Shown here: piece by piece, positions 55,401-64,303 of the stretch | How positions within the stretch are numbered: the first letter of the stretch is position 1 | Layout of the letters: every line of letters starts with the position of its first letter | Assembly: GCF_000737315.1 (NCBI RefSeq) | Contig: NZ_JMCB01000004.1 | Coordinates: 20,001-268,000 of the forward strand | Direction of reading: 5' to 3' | Source of the DNA: Hyalangium minutum | GTDB lineage: Bacteria > Myxococcota > Myxococcia > Myxococcales > Myxococcaceae | DNA: 248,000 nt | Notes under the pieces: generated by a model | What the model saw: only the letters and a program-made list of their open reading frames with translations | What the model was told of the DNA's origin: nothing | Databases searched by the model: none | Program-made: the position numbers and the translations under genes

Positions 55401-55579
55401 CGCGGCTGCTCGAGAGCGCCCGCTTCGAGGGCCAGTCCTTCCTGCGCAAGGTCTCCCTCTCGCGCCCGCTGGAGGAGCCTCCCGTCGAGGGGTGTGGATG
55501 CTCGGGTGGGGGCTCGGGGCTGGCCGCGTTCGGGCTCGCGAGTCTGGCTGCGGCGTTGCGCAGCCGGCGGGGACGTTGA
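52421..55579 (+). CDS. MYXO-CTERM-anchored surface protein
   Basis: C-terminal GCGCSGGG + hydrophobic stretch + RSRR. Confidence 0.75.
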   Translation: MSRTGSTSEQRSPTEWRPRVRLALMAGLLLTVATTASASWTVKDVPGTPNDVEVWDDTRFSVSTSTGAYLYSTDGGTLASLSTGPSTGTYLTGNGCFASFVSNDSVVSPANCAGADNVLGDNRLAGPKVKATETGAFYALVQEPDLGAARVAFGPPGSFEARPWRSYQLFSGTAMALGVAHHGAAEHALAAVSFLRDVNLHWLIDGSPAGTPITPLNDGSFPPKEVQTIDLFPTGRADPTALLGWNNGLYRGELSRGPGANVSFGEVPLPGGPGLVTALDVNTGVGAQHGDGFGMATVRRSGGVALLRTVPTTRPQDIGTQWVASTPVPALSSLLSPRYLECQGAKLCVVAQTTANTGNVFVYINDAPPQLMVGTGQAEPFILPERTSRTVNVSAPDSDGDPVRLEVSPSSVSLPGLTMTPTVVGGGVDLAITAGAVCATISQPLTITATDGLDGHAVVRNYLLQVQHTLQPNAPVITPQEQPGPIPAGSGRRTFKASQTNAGCVIREYRWTPLSPGAPPLELSGADKSTAVFDSPQILCNPLGETHRYLVEAVDEGGLVSQPTDLTLQVLPWGAPSPPLAPNTQVTVVAGDTASGPVWLRPAAPVHPCEGSNGFPGVETVWELADGQPPPPGVRLVTQDGTRITGSRVVTPELGIEADECIDAEFSIDVQHFTAGAPGPASAVSRVLVKVQSHLNPVSEGTVTLTPTLTTAESVAGIAGVTGIQCLDQRTERLQARLTLKQGGMVIREATVPVPGPWQFTLGEACFGATYQLEGELLAGKNSGSGVLPGGPQSVVVREDISVPPVERVTLEPMEAPHLTAQCGQPATGTLEQRPLAPCAELPVSWEQVGGPALTEASFTGQRIDVATQEADFGALIGQQVVMRMRARTMQETSLDQEIPITVEPFVELQRRTERGTGTDTGLVGVSVELRNTTACGVSEVEHWERLEGMDYQPGSARFNGTPVEAELDGDVLKMKGLVLEGGSLGQLTYVVRPRLLESARFEGQSFLRKVSLSRPLEEPPVEGCGCSGGGSGLAAFGLASLAAALRSRRGR

Positions 55580-55609
55580 TCGAGGGCTCCGGCCTCGGAG
55601 CCCGCAGCC

Positions 55610-57289
55610 TCAGAGCCCGAAGGAGATGCGGCGCTTGCTGCTGGACTCCTCGCGCCGCTCCTGGAGGATGCCCATCAGCTCCAGGCCGTGCAGCGTGGCG
55701 AGCGTCTCGCGCTCCGAGAGATCCGTGAGCGTGAGCAGATCCTCGACCGTCTTGGAGCCGTCCGCGTAGGCCAGCAGCATCGCCTGGGGGCCTGTCAGCT
55801 TCAGCTCGTGCAGGGCGTAGGGCGGAGCGGCCGTGGGTGACAGCCGGCGCGGGCGCGGCATCTTCTGCCGCAGGGACACCAGCGTCTCCAGCTTGAGCAC
55901 GCCCTCGAGGATGAGATCGCCCGGGAAGATGGACAGCTTCACCAGCCCCGTGCGCTGCAGCCGCATGGAGCTGAAGCCATAGCCCCCCGAGCTCCACGCG
56001 AAGGTGGACCAGATGATCTCCTTCACCTGCTCCTCGACGAGCTGACGGCGCTTGTCCGCGTCCAGGAGCCCCAGGCGCATCATCGCCTCCCCGGTGCGCA
56101 CGCCCTCCTCCTTCGAGAGCGCCGCCACGGCCTGCAGATCGCTGTCGGAGAGCAAGCCCCGGCGCGCGCAGAAGCGGGCGAAGCGCTCGTTGGCGAGGTT
56201 GGAGGCGGCGTACACGGGCTGGCCCGCTTCGAAGTAGACGACCTTGAGGACCTGTCCCTGCTTGAGCTTCAGCTCCCCGTGGTGGCGCGTCTCGTAGTAC
56301 GCGTTCAGGAGCCGAGGGATCGTGGCCTCCTTGATCTCTCCCTCGAGCGTCCACTCCGGCAGGGCGCGGCGGCCCGCGCGGGCTGGGGCCGGGGCCTCCT
56401 GGCCCTTCTGCTTGGCCCACACCTTCTCGCGCTCACCGAACGGCAGGACCTCCGGCTCGGCGGGGGCTGGCTCGGGCTCGGGTGCGGACTCGGGCTCGGG
56501 TGCGGACGTGGGCTCGGGCGCAGCGGCTGGCTCCGGGGACGCCGAAGCCACCGGGGGCTCGCTGGCAGCGGGGGACTGGGGCTCACCCTGAGTCGAGGAG
56601 GCGGCCTCGGCCAGCTCGGCCAGGAGCGCCTCGTCAGGGCCCAGCGTGGGGAGGGCGACACGGTGGCTGGACTGCTCCTCCTCCTCCTCTTCAGGGAGGA
56701 AGGCGTCCGGAGGCAGGGCGGTCGCGTGAGGCTGGGTCACCTCGTTGTCGGTGACCTCGCGCGGGGGAGGGGGCGGGGACAATGCCGCGGCTGGGAGCAG
56801 GCTCTCCTTCGGGCGCTCGGGCGGGGGCTCGCCCTTGTCCTCATCCTCCGGGAGCAGCTCCATGAGCTCGAGGATGGACTCCTCTTCCTCCTGGGCCTCG
56901 GGCGGGGGAGGGGGCGGGGCTATTGTCCGAGGCAGGCCGCACTTCTGCTCGAGGGCGTCCAGCAGGTCGTCCAGCTTGAAGGGCTTGGAGAAGAAGTCCC
57001 GAGCCCCGTAGACGCTGGTGGCCTCCCGGGCGAGCTTGTCCCCCTTGAACACGCCGCTGATGGCGATGGCGGGGATGCCGTGGGGGATGAGGGCGGTGAG
57101 CAGCTCGGAGCCGCGCATGTCCGGCAGGAGCAGGTCCACCACGGCCGCGTCGTAGGCACGGGGGCGGAGCAGCACGAGCGCTTCCTCCCCCGTGTGGACG
57201 GCCTGGGCCGAGTGGCCTCGGCTCTGGGCGGCCGCCACCATCAGGGAGGCGAGTTCGTGGTTGTCTTCGACGATGAGCAGTCGCGCCAT
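55610..57289 (-). CDS. Response regulator with DUF4388-like domain
   Basis: N-terminal receiver; VVYFEAGQPVYAASN. Confidence 0.8.
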   Translation of the reverse strand: MARLLIVEDNHELASLMVAAAQSRGHSAQAVHTGEEALVLLRPRAYDAAVVDLLLPDMRGSELLTALIPHGIPAIAISGVFKGDKLAREATSVYGARDFFSKPFKLDDLLDALEQKCGLPRTIAPPPPPPEAQEEEESILELMELLPEDEDKGEPPPERPKESLLPAAALSPPPPPREVTDNEVTQPHATALPPDAFLPEEEEEEQSSHRVALPTLGPDEALLAELAEAASSTQGEPQSPAASEPPVASASPEPAAAPEPTSAPEPESAPEPEPAPAEPEVLPFGEREKVWAKQKGQEAPAPARAGRRALPEWTLEGEIKEATIPRLLNAYYETRHHGELKLKQGQVLKVVYFEAGQPVYAASNLANERFARFCARRGLLSDSDLQAVAALSKEEGVRTGEAMMRLGLLDADKRRQLVEEQVKEIIWSTFAWSSGGYGFSSMRLQRTGLVKLSIFPGDLILEGVLKLETLVSLRQKMPRPRRLSPTAAPPYALHELKLTGPQAMLLAYADGSKTVEDLLTLTDLSERETLATLHGLELMGILQERREESSSKRRISFGL

Positions 57290-57317
57290 GGGGGCCTGCC
57301 ACCATACCATTCAGCTC

Positions 57318-57704
57318 ATGGACGTTCAGGGCTTCCACCATGTGGCCATTCAGGCGAGAGATGTGGAGCGGGTGACCGCCTTCTACCGGGACCTGTTAGG
57401 GCTCCCGGAGCTGACCCGGCACCACCGCCCGGACGGCTCCCTGCGGAGCATCTGGGTAGGTGTCCCCGGAGGTGGGTTTCTGGCCATCGAGGCCGTGTCC
57501 GGGGAGCCCGAGCCACTTCCCTTCCGCCACGAGCGGCCCGGCTACCTGCTGCTGGCCTTCCGCATCCCCCGGGCCTCCCGGGGGGTGACGGTGGAGGCGC
57601 TCCTCCGCGCGGGGGTGCCCCTGGAGCACGAGACGCGCTGGACCGTGTACGTCCGGGACCCGGAGGGCAACCGGGTGGCCCTCAGCCATCACCCGGAGGA
57701 CTGA
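57318..57704 (+). CDS. VOC/glyoxalase family protein
   Basis: FHHVAI, FYRDLLG, YVRDPEGN. Confidence 0.88.
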   Translation: MDVQGFHHVAIQARDVERVTAFYRDLLGLPELTRHHRPDGSLRSIWVGVPGGGFLAIEAVSGEPEPLPFRHERPGYLLLAFRIPRASRGVTVEALLRAGVPLEHETRWTVYVRDPEGNRVALSHHPED

Positions 57705-57767
57705 CCGGGTACAACCGTCAGGGGTCGCCTTGCGAAAGGCGGACCCCCTAGGTATCAAGCGAGCCAC

Positions 57768-59531
57768 ATGCGCCTTGGGGAACTGCTCATCCAAGAGAAG
57801 CTCATCACGCCCCAGGCCCTGGAGGAGGCCCTGGAGGCGCAGGTCGTCCATGGCGGGCGCCTGGGGACGAACCTGCTGGAGCTCGGGTTCATCTCGGAGA
57901 AGGACCTGGCGCGCATGCTGGGGCAGCTGCACGGGTGTGCGCACTCCTCGGGGACGATGACCCCGGATGCCCAGGCGCTGGCCCTGGTGGACCTCAACGA
58001 CGCGGACAACAAGGACTACCTGCCCATGCGGGCGGACGCGACGCGGCTGAGCCTGGCGGTCATCAACCCCCGGGACTTCGCGACGCTGGATGCGTTGGCG
58101 TTCAAGACGGGCAAGCGGGTGGTGCCCGTGGTCATCCCCGAGTTCCGGATGAACCAGTTGCTGCGCCGCTACTGCAAGGCGTTCCGGCCGCTGCGAGCCA
58201 TCGACATGAACGCCATCCGGCCGCCCAAGGCGGCGCAGGAGGCGGCGGCGGGCGCTCAGGCCAAGGCCAATAAGACGGCGGAGCTCATCAGCGAGGATGA
58301 GTTCCAGTCCGTCTACGCCCAGGCGCTCACGGGCGGCGCTCGCTCCGAATTCATCAACGAGCTGCTCGAGGAGGAAGAGGAGGTCATCACCGGCGAGGAG
58401 GTTGTCGCCGAAGAGGAAGAGGTCATCACCGGAGAGGTACTGGAGGAGCCCGCGCCCGCGCCTGCGGCACCCGAAGAGGTGTACGCGTCGCTGCCGCCCG
58501 CTCCGCCCGAGCGGCCGACGCTTCCCATGTGGACGCTCCCGGCCGTCATGCCTTCACTGGAGCCGGCACCTGCCCCGAGCAAGCCCCCGGTTCCGGACTA
58601 CCCGATGCCTCCGGTGGCGCCCCCTGTGGCCGCTCCGGTGGCTCCTCCCGTGGCCTCTCCCGTGGCGCCGTTCCGGCCCGTGCCCTCGGAGCCTTCGCCT
58701 CCCGTGCCGGACATCCCGTTCATCCCAGCGCACGTTCCCACGCCCGCGGAGACGCCCGCGCGCCGCCCCACAGCGGCCTTCATCCCGGTTCCCTCGGACG
58801 CTGCCGCGCCGCGCGCCGCGCCGCCGGTGGGAGCGCTGCCTCCCGTGGCGCCGATCGTTCCGCCCGTGGCTCGGCCCACGATTCCTCCTGTCCCCACTCA
58901 GGCCAAGGCTCCGCCCGTCGCGGCCAGCCCGGGTGTCGCCGCGCCTGCGAAGCCGGGTGTCGCCGCGCCAGGGAAGACGGTGACTCGGCGTCCTGCCGCG
59001 CTCTCGGCCAAGCCGCCGCCTCCGAAGCCGCTCAACTTCGCGGAGGCCCAGGCACAGCTCTCGCAGAGCTCGGACCGCGAGGACGTGGCGACGACGGTGC
59101 TGCGCTATGCCGTGGGCCGGTGGCGGCGGTGCCTGCTGCTGTCGGTGCAGGGCAGCCTGGTGACGGGCTGGCACGGCATGGGCCGAGGCGTCCGGGACGC
59201 CGCGATCCGCCGCATTGGCGTGGCGCTGCGCGAGGGCAACACCTTCCGGCTGGTGCGGGACACGCGCTCGCACTACATCGGGCCGGTCCGCCGGGACACG
59301 GCGATGAACGTCTTCTACCGGCTGCTCGGCGCGGACAAGCGGCCGGAGCCGCCGTTCCCGAAGACGTCCGTGATCCTCCCGCTGCTCGTGCGGGGCAAGG
59401 TCGTCCACCTGCTGTACCTTGACAACGGTCCAGACCAGCTCACCACGCCCGATGTGGGCGAGCTGCTCATCCTGGCGCAGAGCGTGGCCCGCTCGTACGA
59501 GGCCATGATCCGGCGCCGCAAGAGCGCCTGA
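57768..59531 (+). CDS. GspE-N/MshEN-domain protein with Pro-rich linker
   Basis: RLGELLIQEKLIT...RLGTNLLELG motif. Confidence 0.75.
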   Translation: MRLGELLIQEKLITPQALEEALEAQVVHGGRLGTNLLELGFISEKDLARMLGQLHGCAHSSGTMTPDAQALALVDLNDADNKDYLPMRADATRLSLAVINPRDFATLDALAFKTGKRVVPVVIPEFRMNQLLRRYCKAFRPLRAIDMNAIRPPKAAQEAAAGAQAKANKTAELISEDEFQSVYAQALTGGARSEFINELLEEEEEVITGEEVVAEEEEVITGEVLEEPAPAPAAPEEVYASLPPAPPERPTLPMWTLPAVMPSLEPAPAPSKPPVPDYPMPPVAPPVAAPVAPPVASPVAPFRPVPSEPSPPVPDIPFIPAHVPTPAETPARRPTAAFIPVPSDAAAPRAAPPVGALPPVAPIVPPVARPTIPPVPTQAKAPPVAASPGVAAPAKPGVAAPGKTVTRRPAALSAKPPPPKPLNFAEAQAQLSQSSDREDVATTVLRYAVGRWRRCLLLSVQGSLVTGWHGMGRGVRDAAIRRIGVALREGNTFRLVRDTRSHYIGPVRRDTAMNVFYRLLGADKRPEPPFPKTSVILPLLVRGKVVHLLYLDNGPDQLTTPDVGELLILAQSVARSYEAMIRRRKSA

Positions 59532-59564
59532 GCCAGCGAAACGGTCCTCTCCGGCCGCGCCTTA

Positions 59565-59810
59565 TCCGAACCGGTCTGGTTGTTGGACAGGTTGGGCCAC
59601 GGAAAGGTGGGACGGGTGCCCCTGGGCACACTCTGTCCAGACCGGTCTGGCTGTCAGACAGGTTGGCGCGGAGCGGGTGGGGTGAGCGTCCTCCGGCCGT
59701 GCTTTGCCCGAACTGGTCTGGCTGTCAGACCAGTTGTTGCGCAGCGCGGGGGAGGGGCTCCCCGGAGGCGCCCTGTCCGGACCGGTCTGGTTGTCAGACC
59801 CGTTTGTAAG
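59565..59810. repeat. Four-copy palindromic intergenic repeat array, about 70-bp period
   Basis: Core ACYGGTCTGGYTGTYRGAC at 59570, 59641, 59712, 59781 with unique linkers. Confidence 0.85.
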
Positions 59811-59841
59811 CAGTGCCGCCGGGAGGGGCTGACCGGCGCCG

Positions 59842-61767
59842 CTACTCGCCTTCTTCCTGGTCCTCGAAGTCGACGCTGAAGTTCACGCGCTGGGTGGGTT
59901 CGACCACGAAGGACTTCTGCCAGCGCGCGCCGTTCACGATGACCACGAGCCGGTGCGCGCCCTCGTAGAGATCCAGCTCTTCCACGGGGGCCTTGCCCAC
60001 GTTGCGCCCGTCCACCTGAACCACGGCGCCCTCGGGGGCATGCACGTTGACGAAGCCCTTGTTCAGGTAGATGCGGACGGTGGTGCGGCCCTCGGGCCCC
60101 ACGGTCACCGTGCGCGAGGTCTGGATGCCCAGTGCCGAGTTGCTCAGCGACAGCAGGTACCGTCCCGGCGTCAGAGGCGCGATCACCGGAGTGCGCCCCA
60201 GCGGTCCACCATCCGGGAGGAAGGCGTCCACGCGCGGGTCCACGATCAGCTCCAGCGTGGGCTCGACCCCGGCATCCACGCCGCCATCCGTGCCTCCGTC
60301 AGCACCCAGCTCAGGCACTCCCGCATCCGCGGGCACGCCGCCATCCGCGAACGCCATCGGGTCCGTGGAAGGGGGCACGATCTGCGAGGGATCGGCGTTC
60401 AGCAGATCTCCCAGGCCCGGGATGTTCAGCGGGATCCTGTCTCGCGCGACGACCACGGCCGCCGCCACCGAGATCAGCATCAGCGATGCGATCACGGCCA
60501 CTACCGGGAATCGCGAGCCGGAGCCCTTCGCCGCCGGAGGTGGTGGCACGGGCGCCACGGGTCCAGCCGGCGCAGCCACGGGCGGCTGAGGCGTGGGAGC
60601 GGACGCTGCGGCAGGTGGGGGCACCGCGGCAGGAGCCGGCGGCGCGGAGGGGGTGGCGGGAGGCGTCGCGGGACGCGCAGTCGCGGAGTTCCCAGCCGGA
60701 GGAGGCGCGGCCGGGGCTTGTGGCTTGGGCGTGCTGGCCGGAGGCTGCGACGGAGCCTTGGCCACCGGCGCCGGGGCCGGAGCGGCAGGAGCCACGGTGG
60801 GCGCGGAGCCCGTCGCGGGCTTCAACGCACCCGAGTGCTTGATCGCCTCCGCGATCCCGAACTCGAGCACCTTGCTCCGCGCCGAGCGGGCCTCGTCGTT
60901 CACCGGGAAGAGCCGGTTCATGAACGTCATCAAGACGTCCTGAGGCGGCAGGTCGCCCATGGCCTCGACAATGGCCTCGCGCAGGGCGAGCGCCGAGGGG
61001 TAGCGCTCATTGGCGCGCTTGGCAGTGGCCTTGTGCACCACCGCATCCAGCCCGCGCGGGACATTCAGCGGCAGCGAGGGCAGCGCCTCCGTCAGCGTCG
61101 CCGTGTCCGCGTCCTTCGCGTCCTTGAAGGGGATCTTCCCCGTGAGCAGCTCGTACAGCGTGAGCCCCAGCAGGAAGACGTCCGTCTGCACATTGACGGC
61201 ATCGCGGCCGCCGAGCAGCTGCTCGGGAGCGCTGTACTTGCGCCGGTTGCGCACACGGCGGCCCCCGCGCTCGCGAGGCGCCACACCCAGCGCGCCGTAG
61301 CCCGTCACCTTGCACACGCCCGTGAACGAGATGATCAGAGTCTCCGGACGCACGTCTCCGTGCACCAGCGGCGTACCGTCATCGTTGCCGGCCATGTGCG
61401 CGTAGTGGATGCCCACGGCCGCGTCCGCCACGATCTTCGCGGCGAGCGGGGGCGGAATCTTCGGCGTCACCTCCATCACCCGGCGCAAAGTCTCGCCGTC
61501 GGCGTACTCGGTGACGCGCGCCAGGCCCTGATCCAGCTGCGTCAGGCCATGCACTTTCAGGATGTGAGGGTGATCGAAGACGACCGCGCGGTTCGTCTCT
61601 CTTCGCAGCTTGTCGATCAGCTCGGGATCCTGAGCCACTTCCTGCGGCGCCCAGATGAGCACCACGGGAGTTGGAGCAGCGCCCTCTTCGAGGGCCAACC
61701 CCAAGAAGGCCCGAGAACCCTCGCCCGACAGCAGAGGGCCCAGCGGTTGATAGCGAACCTGGCTCAT
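59842..61767 (-). CDS. Ser/Thr protein kinase with PEGA domain
   Basis: HGDVRPE, YSAPE, TM, PEGA-like tail. Confidence 0.85.
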   Translation of the reverse strand: MSQVRYQPLGPLLSGEGSRAFLGLALEEGAAPTPVVLIWAPQEVAQDPELIDKLRRETNRAVVFDHPHILKVHGLTQLDQGLARVTEYADGETLRRVMEVTPKIPPPLAAKIVADAAVGIHYAHMAGNDDGTPLVHGDVRPETLIISFTGVCKVTGYGALGVAPRERGGRRVRNRRKYSAPEQLLGGRDAVNVQTDVFLLGLTLYELLTGKIPFKDAKDADTATLTEALPSLPLNVPRGLDAVVHKATAKRANERYPSALALREAIVEAMGDLPPQDVLMTFMNRLFPVNDEARSARSKVLEFGIAEAIKHSGALKPATGSAPTVAPAAPAPAPVAKAPSQPPASTPKPQAPAAPPPAGNSATARPATPPATPSAPPAPAAVPPPAAASAPTPQPPVAAPAGPVAPVPPPPAAKGSGSRFPVVAVIASLMLISVAAAVVVARDRIPLNIPGLGDLLNADPSQIVPPSTDPMAFADGGVPADAGVPELGADGGTDGGVDAGVEPTLELIVDPRVDAFLPDGGPLGRTPVIAPLTPGRYLLSLSNSALGIQTSRTVTVGPEGRTTVRIYLNKGFVNVHAPEGAVVQVDGRNVGKAPVEELDLYEGAHRLVVIVNGARWQKSFVVEPTQRVNFSVDFEDQEEGE

Positions 61768-61779
61768 GTGGTGATCATG

Positions 61780-63093
61780 CTAAAGGCGTTGGCCTTGGAA
61801 CGGGAGGGTGATGTGATACCCATACCGCCCTCGGCGTACGAGCAACAAGACGCTACGCCCCCGTCTCGCCGTCAGCAGGGCCTCTCGGAAGCTCTCCGAG
61901 TCAGGGGTTGGCTGGTTGTTTACCCTCAGCACCACGTCCCCTAGCTCCAACCCTACTTCCTGGGCTACGGAGCCCGGCCGCACGCCCGAGACGGTCAACC
62001 CGCCCCGGGCCTCTTTCATTTTCAGTCCCAACCTTTCCCAGGCCAGGGACTCGACCAGCCGAGGGGGAAACTCCACGGGCGTCACCTGGAGTGTGCGCAG
62101 GTTTCCATCCCGGAAGAGCACCAGTGGGAATGGAGAGCGGGCCGGGTAGCCACGCGCGCGCGTGTCGAAGTCCTCCGAGTCATTGATGCGCGAGCCGCCC
62201 ATCTCCGCCACCACGTCCCCTCGGCGGACTCCTGCCTGCTCGGCCGGGCTGCCAGGCTCTACGTTGTCCACCAGGGCCCCGTACGAGCGATCCCAGCCCA
62301 GCTGCGAGGCGACTTGCACCGGCAGATCCACCGTGTCGATGCCCACCCACGCCGGGCGCACCTTCCCGAAGCGGGTCAGCTCGTCGACGATGCGCCGCAC
62401 CTTGTCCGCGGGGATCGCGAAGCCAATGCCTTGCCCACCCGCGAAGATCGCCGTGTTGATGCCGATGATCTCGCTGTCCACGTTGAGCAGCGGGCCGCCC
62501 GAGTTGCCCGGGTTGATCGCCGCGTCCGTCTGCAAGAAGTCGTTGTAGACGGTGCCGTCCTCGGCGCGGAACGTGCGCCCCGTGGCGGACACCACGCCCG
62601 CTGTCACCGTCTTCGCCAGGCCAAACGGGCTGCCAATGGCAATCACCGTCTCGCCGATCATCAGATCCGCGCTCGTGCCCAGCTTTGCCGTGGGCAGCGG
62701 CTGCTTGGCGCTCACGCGCAGCACCGCCAGATCGTTCGTCGAGTCGCTGCCCAGCACCTCCGCCTCTAGCGTGCGCCCATCCGCCAGCACCACGTGGATC
62801 GCCGAGGCCCCGCGAATCACATGATCATTCGTGACGATGATGCCCGAGGCGTCGATGATCGCCCCGCTGCCCAGCCCCTGCACCCGCCGCCGCTGCTCGC
62901 GGCCGCCTCCGAAGAAGTCCTCCATGAACGAGCGCCGGCCCCGGAAGCGAGACTCCACGTCCTGCTCCGTGCCGATGTAGACGACCGCGGGAGAGACTTT
63001 CTGGACCACCTCGACGATGGCGTCACGGCGCCGGGCCATGTCCGCTTGCGCGCTGGAGGCCACCATCAACGTCATCAGCAACCACCACTTCAT
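61780..63093 (-). CDS. HtrA/DegP serine protease with PDZ domains
   Basis: TNDHV, INPGNSGG. Confidence 0.92.
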   Translation of the reverse strand: MKWWLLMTLMVASSAQADMARRRDAIVEVVQKVSPAVVYIGTEQDVESRFRGRRSFMEDFFGGGREQRRRVQGLGSGAIIDASGIIVTNDHVIRGASAIHVVLADGRTLEAEVLGSDSTNDLAVLRVSAKQPLPTAKLGTSADLMIGETVIAIGSPFGLAKTVTAGVVSATGRTFRAEDGTVYNDFLQTDAAINPGNSGGPLLNVDSEIIGINTAIFAGGQGIGFAIPADKVRRIVDELTRFGKVRPAWVGIDTVDLPVQVASQLGWDRSYGALVDNVEPGSPAEQAGVRRGDVVAEMGGSRINDSEDFDTRARGYPARSPFPLVLFRDGNLRTLQVTPVEFPPRLVESLAWERLGLKMKEARGGLTVSGVRPGSVAQEVGLELGDVVLRVNNQPTPDSESFREALLTARRGRSVLLLVRRGRYGYHITLPFQGQRL

Positions 63094-63280
63094 ACCTGCG
63101 AGCCTCATTCCATACCTTCCTTGACACCTCAGGTGTCGAGCGAGCGACGGCAGGACTGTCGGGAACTCCGCAGCATTCCCGGCACCGTCTGGATGCGGTG
63201 TGCGGCTCTTTAATAGATCAAGTGGGTCGGCCAGGGGTGGCTCGAAGGGCTTGTTCCCCTGGCGTCGAGGAGTGCGAGTC

Positions 63281-64303
63281 ATGAGTCTCGTGCTGGTGGC
63301 GGACGATGAGCCAGCGGTGCTCGAGGTATTGAGCCAGGTGGTCGAAGATCTGGGGCACGACGTGCTCCTGGCGCGGGATGGAGAGGAGGCCTTCGGGCTG
63401 GCACGCGCCAAGCGGCCGCAGCTCGTGGTGACGGACCACATGATGCCGCGGCTGAGCGGGCTGGAGCTGTGCCGCAAGCTGAAGGGCGATCAGGCCCTCA
63501 AGGACGTGCCCGTCATTCTCTTGAGCGCGGTGCTGCCCCAGGGCGTGCCGGAGGCCGCGGCCTTCCTGCACAAGCCCTTCGAGATTACGGACTTCGAGGC
63601 GGTCATCCGCCAGTCGCTGGGGCACGTGCCGGAGCAGCGCCTGTCTCCGGATGCTCCGCCGGTGGAGGCGCTGGGGCACTGGATGGCGCACACGCTCCAG
63701 GGGCCGCTGGCGGCGGCGCGCGAGCAGCTGCAGCGGCTGCAGGTGGCGCCCATGGTGGATCAGCAGGTGGTGGAGGCGCTGGGCACGCACCTGCGTTACA
63801 TGGAGTTCCTGAGCCGGAGCCTCCAGGAGGCCGCGCGGCTAACGGCCGGGAGCGTGACGCTGCACCCGGTCTCCGGTGATCTTTCGCAGCACCTGCGGCG
63901 CGTCGTGGAGGCGTGGCAGGCGCAGGCGCCCGCAGTGCCCATCCAGCTCCAGGGGCCCGGAGAGCCGGTGGAACTGCGCTTCGATCCTGAGCGCATCCGC
64001 CAAGTGTTCGACGGGCTGCTGGCGAACGCGGTGCACCATGGGGGGGGCCGCGGGGCGGTGAGAGTGGAGCTGACCGCCTCGCAGTCGCTGGTGACGGTGC
64101 GGGTGCGGGACGAGGGCCCGGGTCTCACGGACCACGAGCTGCCCCGGCTGTTCACGCCGTTCCAGGTGCGGACGGACGATGGCGGCACGGGGCTGGGGCT
64201 CTACATCGCCTCGGAGCTGGCGAGGCTGCACGGCGGGGCGCTGTCGGTGGAGACCCAGTTGAACAAGGGCTCCACGTTCAGCCTGCTGCTGCCGCGCGGC
64301 TGA
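63281..64303 (+). CDS. Receiver + histidine-kinase-like protein
   Basis: Receiver, HATPase GTGLGL. Confidence 0.82.
   Translation: MSLVLVADDEPAVLEVLSQVVEDLGHDVLLARDGEEAFGLARAKRPQLVVTDHMMPRLSGLELCRKLKGDQALKDVPVILLSAVLPQGVPEAAAFLHKPFEITDFEAVIRQSLGHVPEQRLSPDAPPVEALGHWMAHTLQGPLAAAREQLQRLQVAPMVDQQVVEALGTHLRYMEFLSRSLQEAARLTAGSVTLHPVSGDLSQHLRRVVEAWQAQAPAVPIQLQGPGEPVELRFDPERIRQVFDGLLANAVHHGGGRGAVRVELTASQSLVTVRVRDEGPGLTDHELPRLFTPFQVRTDDGGTGLGLYIASELARLHGGALSVETQLNKGSTFSLLLPRG

Noticed and set aside
59565-59810. Calling the repeat array a CRISPR
   Set aside because: Only four imperfect copies, no cas genes or AT-rich leader in the window; kept as a repeat and a finding.
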